A stretch of 64,000 nucleotides of DNA from Scenedesmus sp. PABB004 (Eukaryota), in contig JABVCE010000014.1 of NCBI GenBank assembly GCA_014905635.1, positions 310,001 through 374,000 on the forward strand, in the 5' to 3' direction. This document shows, piece by piece, positions 11,664-23,760 of this stretch. A program made the translations under genes and the position numbers. A model generated the notes under the pieces. That model was not told the origin of the DNA. It did not search any database and was given only the letters and a program-made list of their open reading frames with translations. Every line of letters begins with the position of its first letter. Within the stretch, counting starts at the first letter, position 1.

Positions 11664-13075
11664 TCACGCCCGCCCCGCGCCGCCGCCGCTGCGCTCGGCG
11701 GCGCGCGCGGCGCTGCGCATCTTGACAAACGGCAGCAGGCTGCCCGCGACGAGCCCCGCCGCGATGCTGCCGAGGTTGCGCGGCTCGGTCGACTCGCCAA
11801 ACCACCAGATGCCGACCGCGGCGACGAGCACCTTGTTGAAGCTGCCGACGAGGCTGTAGAATGTGGCGGTCGTGAGGCTGACAAACCAGATGGAGCTGAG
11901 CGAGATGACAAACCCCAGCGCGCCGCCGAGCACCGCGAGCGCCTGGAAGCCGCGGTCGTACAGCGCGGGCTGGCCCCAGAAGCCCGAGAGCTCGGCGCGC
12001 ATGAGGACGAGCAGGCCGATGAGCGGCAGGGAGAGCAGGTTGTTGTAGTAGACCATCGACATCTGGTTGAGCGGCCGGTGGTCGTGCGTCGCGACAGACG
12101 CGCGCTCGGTCACGCGCGAGAGGTAGAGCGCGTAGCCAGCGGTGAACACGTTGTTCACCTGAGCGGCGACGCGGCGGGGTCGGCCGCGGCGGCAGCGGCG
12201 GCGGCGCCCGGCCGGCACAGACGCGGCCGCCGCGGGCCCACCATCTGCCAGCCGTAGCCCGCCCAGCTGAAGCGCAGGTCGGTCGCGCCGCCGGCAAAGA
12301 CGGACGCGACCATGAGCGCGAGGCAGACCCACACGTGCCACGAGTATGAGCGGCGAAAGAGCGCCCAGTCTCCGGCGATGATGAAGAGGTTGCTCAGGTT
12401 TTTGAGCACGCTCACCATGCCCACGCCGACGAGCTGCAGCGCGTAAAAGTTGGTCGCGAGCATGCCGACGAAGATGAGGTTGACCGGCACCCACAGCCGC
12501 ACGAGCTCCCAGCTCAGCGGCTCGACCTCGGCCCACCCGAGCGCGCCCGCGCCGCGCACGAGCGCGACCGCGAGCGCGCAGTGGAAGGCGAGCAGCGCGT
12601 GCAGCGCGTGGAAGTCGTAGTGCACGAGGACCTTCTTGTTCAGCAGCGTCAGCGCCGCGCTGCTCACGCTGTAGAGCGCGCCGCTCGCGAGCGCGGCGGT
12701 GCTCGCGGTGATGCTGCCGCGCGCCGCCTCGCTGCGCGGGAGCAGCCCCGCGCCGCCGCCGCCGGCGCCGCGCGCCGACGCGCGCGGCAGCAGCCCCGCG
12801 CCGCCGCCGCCGGCGCTGCTGCCGCCGGCGCCGCCGCCGAGCAGCGGCGAGCGCTCGCCGGGCCCGGCGCCGGCGTGGGCGTGCACCTGCAGCGCCGCCG
12901 CCGCCGCCGCCGCGGCCGCGCCGAGCGCGACGCCGTGCTGCGTGGGGTGCAGGCCGGGCGCGTGGCGGCCGCCGGGCGGCGTCGGGCCGCGCTCGATGTC
13001 GAGCGCCACGTCGAAGCCGCCGGCGCTGCTCTGGTACGCCGCGCCGTAGTCGGGCCCGCTGGTGCTCTTTTTCAT
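11664..13075 (-). CDS. Golgi GDP-mannose transporter (GONST1/VRG4-type nucleotide-sugar transporter; 2 exons: 13075-12242, 12158-11664)
   Basis: Motifs YSVSSAALTLLNKKVL, WVPVNLIFVGML, VLKNLSNLFIIAGD, SMVYYNNLLSLP and TTATFYSLVGSFNK (GxLNK-type GDP-sugar motif), with about 10 TM helices. Confidence 0.9.
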
Positions 13076-13547
13076 GCCGCGGCGCCGCCCGCCCGCATCC
13101 AGGCGCGGCCCACGCGCCCGCCCGCGCTGCGCTCAGCCGCCGCCGCTGCGGCGGCGCATCTGGCGGCGGCCGGCCGTGGCGGCGCGCGGGCGGCGCTGCT
13201 GCTCCGCTGCCGTCGCCGCCGCCGCCGCAGCAGCGCAAGCCGCCGGTACCAGGCGGTGTGTCTGGGACCACAGACGCTGTGGGCCGCAGCGCGGTGCGGG
13301 GGGCGGGCCCCTGGCTGACGCGGCGGCGGGCGTGCGACGGTTGATGTGAGCGGTTGGCTCTGCGCACGGGGTCACCGCAGGTGCTGGCAGCACGGTGCGC
13401 GCAGGCTCCGTGTGAGCCGGCCCCGGGCGGGCCAGCACGAGCCGAGGTTGCAGCTGTCGCGGCGCTTCTGCTGAAGCGCAGCTCGCTGCGCCGCGGCCAG
13501 GCCGCCGCGCGCTTTCCCCGCCGGGCCACACCGTTCTCACCCGCGGC

Positions 13548-16500
13548 ATGCTCCGCCCCCGCCCGGCCCCCCCGCTCCGCCCCCGCCGCCGCGTGCCGGC
13601 GCCGGGGCTGCTGCGTCCGCCGCCGCTGCTGCCGGTCTTGTCGCTCCTGCTGCTGCCGGGGAGGGCCATGGTGGCGCCGCGGGAGGCGCCGTTGGGCGAG
13701 TGGGAGAGCCCCATCACGTCGGAGCTGATCACGTCCAAGGTGCTGCGCCTGTCGGCGCCGACGCTGCTGAGCGAGGCTGTGACGTGGATCGAGTCGCGGC
13801 CCGGCGAGGGCGGCCGGAGCGTGCTCGTCGCGAGATCGGCCGCCGACGACGCGGCGCGCGACGTGACGCCGGGGCCGGACAGCGCCGGACAGCAAGGTTG
13901 GAACGTTAGAACGCGTGTCCAGGAGTACGGCGGCGGCGAGCACCTGGTCACGGACGACGGGCGTGTGTTCTTTTCCAACTTTGCGTGAGTGCAGGGCTCG
14001 GGGCTCGAGCCCCGCCGGCGGCGCGCCGCGCCGGGGCCGCGCCCGAGGCCGCCGCGCCCCCCGCGCCCGCGCCCCGCAGCGACCAGCGCGTGTACATGCA
14101 GGGCCTCGCACCCGGCGCCGCGCCGCGCGCGCTCACCGCCGAGGGCAGCGGCCAGCGCTTTGCCGGCTACGCCCTCGACGGCGGCCGCGGCCGCCTGCTT
14201 GCGGTGTGCGAGGACCACAGCGCCGAGGGGCAGGAGGCCGTCAACACCCTCGCCGCGATCGGTGCGCGCGGCACGCGCAGCGCACGGCGGCGCGGCGGCG
14301 GCGCGGCGATGGCGCCGACCGCCGCCGCTGGCGCCGCCGGTGCCGCCGCAGACCTCGCCAGCGGCGCCGTGACGCAGCTCGTCGGCGGCCACGACTTTTT
14401 CAGCGCGCCGGCGCTCAGCCCGGACGGGCGGCGCCTCGCGTGGGTGGCGTGGGACCACCCCAACATGCCGTGGGATGAAACGGCGCTCTACGTGGCAGAC
14501 CTGGGCGACGACGGCAGCGTTCTGGGCGAGCCCAGGCACGCGCGCGCGCGCGCGCGGCGCAGCGGCGCCGCCGGCCGCGCGCGCCGCCCCGCGCGCGCGC
14601 GCCGGGCGCCGGCCGACCCCCGCGCCGCGCGCAGGCAGGTCGCGGGCGGCGCGGGCCAGAGCGTGCAGCAGCCGCGCTGGGGCCCCGACGGCGCCCTGTA
14701 CTACGTGGGCGACGCGAGCGGCTGGTGGAACCTCTACCGCCTGCCCGCCGGCGGCGGGGAGGAGGTGCGGCCCCGCCGCGCCCCGCCGCGCCGGCCGCCG
14801 CGCCCCTCACGAGTATGCCGCGCCGCGCGCCACGCCGCAGCCGGCGAAGGCGCTGCTGCCGATGGCGGCCGAGTTTGGGCAGCCGCCCTGGCTGGTCGGG
14901 CAGCAGAGCTACCAAGTGATTGCCGGCGGCGCGGCGGTGGTCGCCGTGTTCGACGACCCGGCCGCCGCCGGTGCGCGCGTGCTCGCCCCCGTGCCGCCGC
15001 CGCCGGGCCGCCTGGCCGGCGCGGCGTGCGGCAGGCGCGCCGCGAGCCCGCCGCCGCCGTTGCCGCCGCCGCCGCCCAGGCTCGCAGCTGGGCGTCGTCG
15101 ACACCGCGGCGTCGGCGCTGACCGTGCTGGACACCGGCTTCACCTCGTTCGGCCGGCTCTGCGTCGCGGAGCGCCCGGGCGGCGGCCTCAGCGTCGTCAC
15201 GACCGCCGGCTCCGCCTCGGCGCCGCAGGCGGTGGTGCAGCTCACGGTGCGCGCGCGCCCGCGCGCGCCGCCGCCGCCGGCCCGCGCCGCGCGCACACCG
15301 CGCCGCGCGCGCACGGCGCCCGCGCACGCCGCCCGCCGCGCCGCGCGCGCGCAGGTGCCCGACCTCGCCGGCCTGCTCGCGAGCGGCCCGGGCGACTGGG
15401 GCGTCCTGAAGCTCTCGGCGCAGCTCGACCTCGACCCCGGCTACCTCAGCGCGCCGAGTCGCATCGAGTTCCCAACAGCAAATGGCCGCACAGCGTTCAT
15501 GAACTTCTACCCCCCCACCAACAAGGCGCGCCAAGCACGCGCGCACGCGCATGCCCGCACGCGCCAGCACGCGCGCGCGCCTGCACGCGCAGCCCGCGCA
15601 GCCTGCGCCCGTGCTGGTGGCGCGGCCTGCGCCCGTGCTGGTGGCGCGGCGGCCGCGCGCCCTGCGAGCCCCGCCGCCGCGCCCGCCGCCGCCCGCCGCG
15701 CGCCCCCGCCGCGCGCCGCGCCGCGCAGGACTTTGCCTTCCCGCCGGGCGAGCGCCCCGCGCTGCTGGTCAAAATCCACGGCGGCCCCACGAGCGCCGCG
15801 TCGACGGCGCTGGCCCTGAGCTACCAGTTCTGGACCAGCCGCGGCTTTGCGATTGCCGACGTCGACTACGGCGGCAGCACGGGCCTTGGCGTTGCATACC
15901 GCAACCGCCTGCGCGGGCAGTGGGGCGTCGTGGACGTCGACGACGTGTGCAACGCGGCGCGGCACCTCGCGGGCGCGGGCCTCGTCGACGGCCGCCGCCT
16001 CTGCATCGACGGCGGCAGCGCCGGCGGGTTCACCACGCTCGCGGCGCTCGCCTTCAGGTGCGCGGCGACCCGCGGCGGCGCGGCGCGGCGCGGCGGCCTG
16101 CGGGCGGCGCCGGCGCGGCGCGGCGCGGCACGCGCTGGGGGGCGGGCCCCCCCGCAGCGGCTCGGCGCCGCGCTGCGCCCACCCACAACCTCCCCCCACC
16201 CCTCAGGGACGTGTTCCAGGCGGGCGCGAGCCACTACGGCGTGGCGGACGCCGAGCTGCTCGCGCAGCACACGCACAAGTTTGAGAGCCGGCGAGTCGCG
16301 GCGCGGCAGCGCGCGCGCGCGCGCGGCGCGGCAGCCGGCTGGGGCGCGCGTGGCCGACCCGCGCCCTGGCCGCCCCCGCAGTTACCTCGACTCCCTGATC
16401 GGGCCCTATCCTGAGGCCAAGGAGATCTACCGCGAGCGCTCGCCCATCCACGCCGTCGACCGCGTCACGGCGGCGTGCGCCATCTTCCAGGCGCGGCCGC

Positions 16501-17204
16501 GGCGCCGCGGGCGCGCCCCCGCCGCGCGGGCGGCGGCCGCGTCGTCGCGCGTCACGCCGCGCACGCCGCGCACGCCGCGCCGCGGCCGCAGGGGGACGAG
16601 GACGCGATCGTGCCGCCGGAGCAGGCGGAGGTGATGTGGCGCGGGCTGAAGGCCAACGGGTGCGGCGCGCCCGCGGCGACGCACGCTGCCTCGTCCCGCC
16701 GCCCGGCGCTTGCCGAGCCGCCCCGCACCCGCCCCCGCACGCCCGCGCGCCCGTCGCCTCGGCCCCCGCGCCTGCGCCCCCCGGCAGCGTGCCGACGACG
16801 CTGATGATGTTCAAGGCGCGCCGCGCCCCCTGACCGCGCCGCTCGCCGCGACCGCTGACCGCTGACCGCGCCGCTCGCCGCCCGCGCCGCCCGGCCGCCT
16901 GCCGCACGCTGTGCCGCGCCACGCGCTCAGCACCGCGCGCGCCGCGCCGCCCGTCTCATGCCGCGCCGCGCCGCCTGGCCCGCGCCGCGCCGCGCAGGGC
17001 GAGCAGCACGGCTTCCGCAAGGCGCCGAGCATCCGCGCCGCGCTCGAGGGCGAGCTGCACTTCTACGGCCGCGTGCTCGGCTTCCCGAGCTCCTACGACC
17101 CCGCCCTGCAGCCCATGACCATCGACAACCTCCCCGGCGGCGGCGGGCCGGGCGGCGAGGCAGCGCACGCCGCGGCGGCGCCGGGCGGCAAGGACGAGCT
17201 GTGA
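13548..17204 (+). CDS. S9 family peptidase (dipeptidyl aminopeptidase/acylaminoacyl peptidase-like; 13 exons), C-terminal KDEL
   Basis: [52 protein letters not shown], nucleophile GGSAGG, catalytic Asp [13 protein letters not shown] and catalytic His [11 protein letters not shown]. Ends PGGKDEL*. A second in-frame ATG lies at 13668. Confidence 0.93.
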
Positions 17205-17412
17205 GGGGTTCGGTGCGTGGCGACCGGGGTTCTGGCGCGGCGCACGCGCCCCGCCGCCGGTGACGAGGCGTTGCGCGAGCCCGAGCCTGCCGTGATCGCT
17301 GCCCCTCGCGCCGATCAGTTCCCTCGAGCGGCGCTGCGCGAAGAGGTGCAGCGGCTGCCACGCAGTACCGGCCCCCCGCAACTCTTGTGCCGCAGCTCCG
17401 CCGCCGCGCAGG

Positions 17413-18827
17413 ATGCAGCCACGCCAGCTCGACGCCACGCAAGTGCGGCCGGCCCGGCCACAGTCACTCCCCGCGTGCGCACGGCAGGAGCGGGCGCACG
17501 GCGGCAGGAGCGAGCGGGCCGCGGCGCTGCTGCCGCCCGTGCGCCGCAGCGCCCGCCTGCCCTCCGCCGAGCGCCGGTGAGTGTGTGACGTGACGGCAGC
17601 GCTGAGGGAGCCACCGCGGGCTGCGGCATGCTGCGCCGGGGCGCACCGCTGCTCTGGCCGGGTGACGCTCCGCTGCGAGCAGCGGCGCCCGGGTGACGCG
17701 ACGCGCTGCCGCGCACCGCCGCAGCCCCGGCGGCGCCGCCGCCGCGCTCGGGCCGTCTCCGGGCGTGCTGGCGACCTTTGTGTCGGAGCACCTGCTGCCG
17801 GGGCGGCCGCGGGCGCCGCGCCCGGCACGCCGCTCCACTTCCTCGCCGCGCACGGCGCCGGCGCGTTTGCCGCGCCGCTGCTCTGGGCGTGGGCGATCAC
17901 GTCGGCCATGCGCGCCCTCGCGGCGCACGCGCGCGCCTGGTGCGCCGAGAACACGCACCGCCCGATCTCGAGCGAGGTGCTGGGCATGCTGCCGTCGGCG
18001 CTCGAGGGCCCGACGGTGGCCACCGTCTGGGCGGTGCTGGCGCTGCGGTGCGCGGCGTGCTGGGGCCTGAGGCGCCCACGCGCGCTGGGCCGGCGGGGCG
18101 CGCCAGGGGCCGGGCGCGCGGCTGCGGTGCCCGCCGCCGCCGCGGCGCGCCCTGCCCACGCCCCGCGCCTGCCGCCCTCAGGCTGCTGCGCAACGCGGCG
18201 TGGCTGCTGGACCAGTACGTTCATGCCTTCAGCCCCTCCTTCAATCGCACCGTGGGCGCGTGCGCGGCGGTGCCGCCACAGCGGCGCCGCGCGGCCGCGC
18301 GGCCGCCCCGCGCGGGCGCGCGCCGGGGCGGCGCCCCGCCGCAACCCCGCCGCCACCGCCGCCGCCGCGCAGACGCGCTGGTCGAGGCGGTCTGCCAAGC
18401 GCTGTTCCACATCGACGCGGTGCTGCTCAAGGTGCGGGCGCTGCCTCAGCCGGCGCCGCCGTGCGGCGCGCGGCCTCGCCTGCTCCCGGCCCGCGGCGAC
18501 ACCTTCCCTGCTTCCCGCTCGCCCGCAGGTGTACGCGCTGCTCACGGTGGCATTTATCACGGGCGTGCTCGTGCGCTGGAAGACGATCGCGTTGGAGTTT
18601 TACTTGCTGCGCCGCCAGGTGAGCCTCGGCGGCGAGGGCGAGGCCCGCCGTCGCGTCCCCATGACGTGGTCTGCAACCGGCGCCGCGCCCGCCCGCCCGC
18701 AGGCCGAGGACGAGGCCGAGGCCGCGGCCGCGGCGGCCGCGGGCGGGGCCCGCGCGCGCACGCACATGCTGGGCACGCTGGACGACGTGGAGCGCCTGCT
18801 CGTGCCGCTCGACTCGTGAGGCGCCTG

Positions 18828-18860
<33 letters not shown>

Positions 18861-20339
18861 GCCGCCTGGTTTAGGGGGCCGCGGCAGCCTCTGCTGGGGC
18901 CGCTGCAGCGACCGGCCGCCGCCGCGACCACCGCCGCCGCTCCACAGCGTGAGCAGCTGGCTCGCGTACCTCGCGGCGGCGCTGGTGTGCGCGCAGCTGC
19001 TTGGCGTGAACCTCGCGCCGCTGCTCGCGGTCGGCGGCGTGAGCAGCATCATGATCGGCCTGTGAGTGCCGCGGCCAGACGAGATAGGGCCTTGCTTGCG
19101 TTGACGGCCAGACGCTCGGGCTCACCTGGCGTCGCGCGCCGCGCCCGCCGCGCTCACACGCGCAGGGGCACGCAGCAGCTGCTGCAGAACACCCTGATGG
19201 GTCTGTCCCTGGTGCGCGGGCGGGCGGCCCAGCGGGGTGTGTGTGTGGGGGGGGGGGGGGGGGGGGGGGGCACGGCGTGCGGCGCCCCCCCCCCCCCCCC
19301 CCTCCGACACACACACGCGCGCGCCCATCCGCCGCACCGCGCGCAGTTCCTGACGCGGCCCTTTGTCGCGGGCGACAGCGTGACGCTGCAGTCGGGCGGC
19401 GTCCTGCTGAGCGGTGCGCGCGCGCCGCCGTGCGGCGCCCCGCCCGGCCCCGGCCCCGCGCCGGCCCCTGCGCCGCGCGGCCGCGCACACGTGACCGCCG
19501 GCGCCGCGCACACACACAGGCGTCGTGGAGGCGGTCACGCCCATGCGCACGACGCTGCGCACCGACGACGACGCGGTGCTGACCATACCCAACAAGGCAC
19601 GCCGCGCCGCGCCCGCCTCAGCCCTGCGCCCGCCTGAACCCTGCGCCTGCGGCTCCGTCGCCTGGCTCATGCGCGCCGCGCCGCGCCGCGCCGCGCCGCG
19701 CCGCGCCGCCAGACGGTGGCCGACATGATTATTTTCAACCGGTCCACCAGCCTCAGCCGCAGCCGCCTCGCCAAGGCCAACCGGCGCGCAGAGGCGCTGA
19801 AGCTGCGCGTCAAGCTGCCGCACGCGTCGGTGCCGCGCCTGCCGGAGCTGCAGGCGGCGATCGAGGCGGTGCTCTGCGGCGGCGGCGCGGGCGGCGACGG
19901 CGGCGACGCGGGCGGCCGCCCCAGCGCCGCCGACCTGGCGCGCCTTGGCAGCGCCAGCCCGGGCGATGCCGGCAGCGGCAGCGACGCCGGCAGCAGCCTG
20001 GGGTCTGTGTTTGGGGAGGAGGGCGCCGCGTGGGCGCCGGGGCGCCCCGAGCTCGTCCGCCCTGGAAGCGTCGTGCTTCAGCTGACGAGGATGACCGACG
20101 CTGGGCTCGAGCTCCTGGTCAAGGGGCAGCTGCGCGTCGACCCGGCCAGCCCGGCGGTGCAGGTGGGCGGTGTGGTGTGCGTGCGCGGCGGGCGGGCAAG
20201 CGGGGCGCGGGCCGCCCGCCCGCGGGGGCACCCGGGCGGCACCCGACGCCCGTCGCCGCCCGCCTGCGGGCCGCAGGCGATGCAGCTGGAGCTGTCGCAG
20301 CGCGTGCGGGAGTTTGGCGCGACGCTGGTCAGCATGTGA
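17413..20339 (+). CDS. MscS-like mechanosensitive channel (multi-exon; 5' start uncertain, 17413-17700)
   Basis: LLGVNLAPLLAVGGVSSIMIGL..TQQLLQNTLMGLSL|FLTRPFVAGDSV...GVVEAVTPMRTTLRTDDDAVLTIPNK|TVADMIIFNRS matches the MscS TM3 and beta-domain signature. Stop TGA at 20339. Confidence 0.85.
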
Positions 20340-20409
20340 GGCGACAGCGAGTGGGTGGGAGCTGGAGCTGGAGCCGCAGCGCGCGCTGTGTGCACGTGCT
20401 GGCTAGCCC

Positions 20410-21130
20410 GCGATGTCGCCGCCGCCCAGCCCCCGCACGCGGGGCCGCTGGGACTGCGGCTCGCCGGCGCGTGCGCGTGAGCGACTGACTGCTTGGGGAG
20501 CTCGCGGGGAGCTGCGCGGCCGGTTTGGCTCGGTTGTAACCGGGGAGCGCGCAGGACGGCATCGAGTGGCAGCACGCACCGCCCGCCACGGGCACGCGGC
20601 AGCTGCCGCGCTGCGTCTGCAGACGCAGCGCACCCGGGCTGGCGCGACAGAGCTCGGGGGCCGCGTCCCGGCGACGCGGCGGCCCTGGTCGCCGCTGATC
20701 ACGGCGGTCGCCTCTTGACACCGGGCGCTGGTCCCGCCGAGGCCGGGTGAGCCCGTCCCAACGCGCGCTTCAGCCGCCCGGGCCGCCGCGGGGCAGCGAG
20801 TCGGCGAGCTCGGCCGGGCGCCACGGCGCGCCGGGCTGCAGCGGGCGCGAGGGGCCGCGTTGACGAGAGCGGCAGGACGTCGTCGCCCCGGGCCAGGGCA
20901 CGGTTCGGCGCTCCGGACGGAATTGTGGTCGCAGCATAGCTTGCATGACATTTCCGTGTGCCGCACGCGGCGGATGGCGGCCTGCGCAGCGAGCTGGTTG
21001 GGGACGCGACCGCCGGGCTGGCAAAAGTCCGCCACCCCTCCTCGCGCTGGCGCTCAACTACAGCGGCCCCGCGCCGCTCACCCTCAGTCTGTCAAGTCTG
21101 TCAGGTCTGTCAGGTCTTCCTTCCTGCGTC
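20410..21130 (+). repeat. Left arm of long inverted repeat (~720 bp)
   Basis: Reverse complement of 24194-24898. I count about 4 substitutions over the first ~660 bp, then indels near the inner end, where the left arm has a 3x GTCTGTCAR expansion. Confidence 0.97.
20535..20539 (+). terminator. TGTAA chlorophyte-type polyadenylation signal (candidate for the MscS-like gene; mirror copy at 24769-24773 for TSR1)
   Basis: TGTAA lies ~195 nt after the MscS stop and ~245 nt after the TSR1 stop on the respective sense strands. UGUAA is the known chlorophyte poly(A) signal. Confidence 0.55.
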
Positions 21131-21459
21131 AGACATGAAAGGTCGATTACAGTTCTGTCTGAGCCACAAAACTGTGTCCGCACCTTGGCGCGTACCATGA
21201 TGCGGCCTCCTGCGCCCAGCCAGCCACAGTGCGCAGCAGCACGAAACAGTCGCCAAGCACGGGTGGAACGGGGTGGACGCGCTGTGCGTATGTGTGCGCA
21301 ATGTAGGTTTGAGGGTGCGCACAGAGCAGGTTCAGGCCCTGCGCGCACGCTGAGCGAACCGCGCCGGCGGCGTTCATGCGCCGTGTGCGGCTCGCTAGAT
21401 CGGCTTGCTGCCAGCAGCAGCCAGCCGCAAAACTCCTCCGTTTGTTCTGTGTGTGTTTG

Positions 21460-21480
21460 AATCAATCAATCAATCAATCA
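21460..21480 (+). repeat. (AATC)5 microsatellite
   Basis: gaatcaatcaatcaatcaatca, read directly. Confidence 0.9.
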
Positions 21481-22893
21481 GCGCGCTGCGCTTATCTGAG
21501 CACACTCGTGTTCAAACAAGGCGGCAGCACGCCGTCAACGCCCAGTATTTCTAGAGGTCAACAGGTCCAGAAACCTGGCCTGGTGAGGGCCCTTGCAAAT
21601 CCATTGCAACGGCCCAGTCAGCAGCGCGGCGCCCAGTGCTGGGCGCCCAGTGCTGGGCGTGCGAGCGGGGGGACAGGCAGAGCCCGCGCTCAGGCCCCGC
21701 AGGCGCGGGCCGGGTGAGGGCTGGCTGGCGCGCTCCTGAGACCAGGCCAGAGACCAGGCCAGACCCAGCAGAACACACACACACCCGCACACAAGCACTC
21801 AGCTCTGCTGCTCTCAAAGCAGCAGCAGCCTCTGCACGCTCTGCAGGCAGGGGCCGGGGGCGCCGACTATGCAGTGCCGCGCGGCGCATGGGCAGCTTGG
21901 TGGTGCGCTCCAGGCAGGGCCAGCAGAGACAGCGGGCCATGCTTTCTTGTGGCCAGGCCGTGTTTGAATGCACAGCCGGTGTCAAGCAAATCAATCACCA
22001 GCCGCGCCGTCAGGTCGCAGCGTGGCAGCAGCCGCAGGAAGCGTGCCGCCGCGAGGCGCAGGGGGATCGAGCGTCGCCTGGGCGGTCGTGGTCGTGGCCG
22101 CCGGACAGCACTCAACGCAAAGCATGTGCGCTCACAGGGAAGCCATTGTGATCAGCACCTAAAACACGGACGGACAGAGCATAGTACGTGTGTGACAACC
22201 CGGCGCGATGATCGCACCGCGGGGAATGGAGCGTGCACTGAGCATGCCGTTGCCGTCGTGTCGCTGCCCCCAGGCGCAGGGGCACCACGCCTCTCCGCGA
22301 CAAGCACCCGCGGCCCTCGGGAGGCTCGGTGCTTGCTAGCACAAGCATGGCGCGCTTCCGGCGTGCGGCCCAAAGAAATGTGGTGCCTCCTCAGTACATT
22401 TGATACTGATGATGCGTGTGCACGCTCTGCGCGCAGCGCCTCACCAGATGCTGCGTGCAGTGGCCAGCGCCATGCTGCGCTGCTGTTCGATATCCGCCCG
22501 TCTCGGTCCGTGTGCTGGATGTTTAAACAATGCCACCCATGCCGTCCAGCTCGCAGGTACGGCGTGGTGGCAACAACAAAGGCCACCCGCGCCGCCGCAG
22601 CGCGTGCGCTCCGCTCACCCGCCGCACGCGGGCGGGTGCACACAGCACACACAACAGGAAGCAGCTAAAAGAAAGAAGTCGATGATGCACCAGTGCCGCG
22701 CTCCAGGCAGTGCACTCGGCTGCAGGGCTGCGGCCCGCACGTGGCTGGCCGGCGGGCGCGCCAGTCGCGTGCGGCGCACGCGCGAGCCCGAGCGCAGGTA
22801 TTGCAAGCTCATGCAGACCGACTCAGCCAGACCGATACAGTGCTGCTGGTTGCAGAAAGAAACTGCCGCGCCGGGGGCGCAGCGCGCGGAAGC

Positions 22894-23760
22894 TCAGGTG
22901 CTGGCTGGCTGCCAGCAGCTCGTGACCTCCTCGCCGTCGGCGTCCGTGTGGCAGCCCGCCGGCGCCTGCGGCGCGCACGCGACGCCGGCGGCGCGCAGCT
23001 GCTCGGCGCGCATGATCGCCGCGCCCAGCTGCATCGCGAGCTTGGTGCGGCGGATCGTGTCGGCCATCTCCTGCTCCGCCTGGTCCAGCACGTCCGCCGC
23101 CGCGGCGCAGTCGGGCGGCAGGCTGCAGGCCGCCTGCAGGCTCGCCATGGTCGCGCCCAGCGACTGGCACGCCAGCCCGATCGCGGTGTCCAGGTACGCG
23201 CTGCGGCGCTGCGCACACGCGGGGCGGGGCGGGGCGGGGCGGCGTGAGGCGCGCGCGCGCTGCGCGCGGGCGCAGCCAGCCGCCGCCGCCGGCCGGGGCG
23301 GCGCCTCACCTGCTGCACGGCGCTCTGCGGCTGGGCGCGGGTGGCGTTCCACGCCTGCTGCAGCTGCGCCGCGGCGGCGATGCCGTCCGCTGCCGTGGGC
23401 TGGGCGGTGAGCGCCGCCGCCGACTCGCTCGCCGCGCAGCTCAGCGACTCGGCGCCGCGCGGGCGGGCGTACGGCGCGTAGCGCGGCGCCGCCCAGCGGT
23501 GGCGCTCGCAGAGCCCGCTGGAGCTGCTGGACGGCTGCTCGGCCTGCGGGGTAGACGGCAGGGGCGGCAGCGCGTTCAGCAGCGGGACGCGTCACCGGCA
23601 TGCGTCACCGGCATGCGCGGCGCATCACCGCCGCCGGGCGCCGCCACGCGCGCGCGCTGCTCTCAGCTGTCAGGCGCACCTCGCGCGTGATCAGGGCGAG
23701 CTGCTTGGCCCCCGGGGCCACGAGCAGGGCGGGCGGGGCGGCCATGCGCGCAGAGGCCAT
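22894..23760 (-). CDS. Orphan hypothetical protein (~209 aa; exons 23760-23680, 23543-23310, 23208-22894) inside the inverted repeat
   Basis: Three exons joined by phase-0 GT-AG introns give an open frame: MASARMAAPPALLVAPGAKQLALITRE|AEQPSSSSSGLCERHRWAAPRYAPYARP...|RRSAYLDTAIGLACQSLG...DVLDQAEQEMADTIRRTKLAMQLG...WQPAST*. No recognisable domain. Confidence 0.65.

Noticed and set aside
20493..21200. Duplicated short ORFs within the repeat arms
   Set aside because: They lack coding-like codon bias, domains and convincing starts. Their identity merely reflects the DNA repeat.
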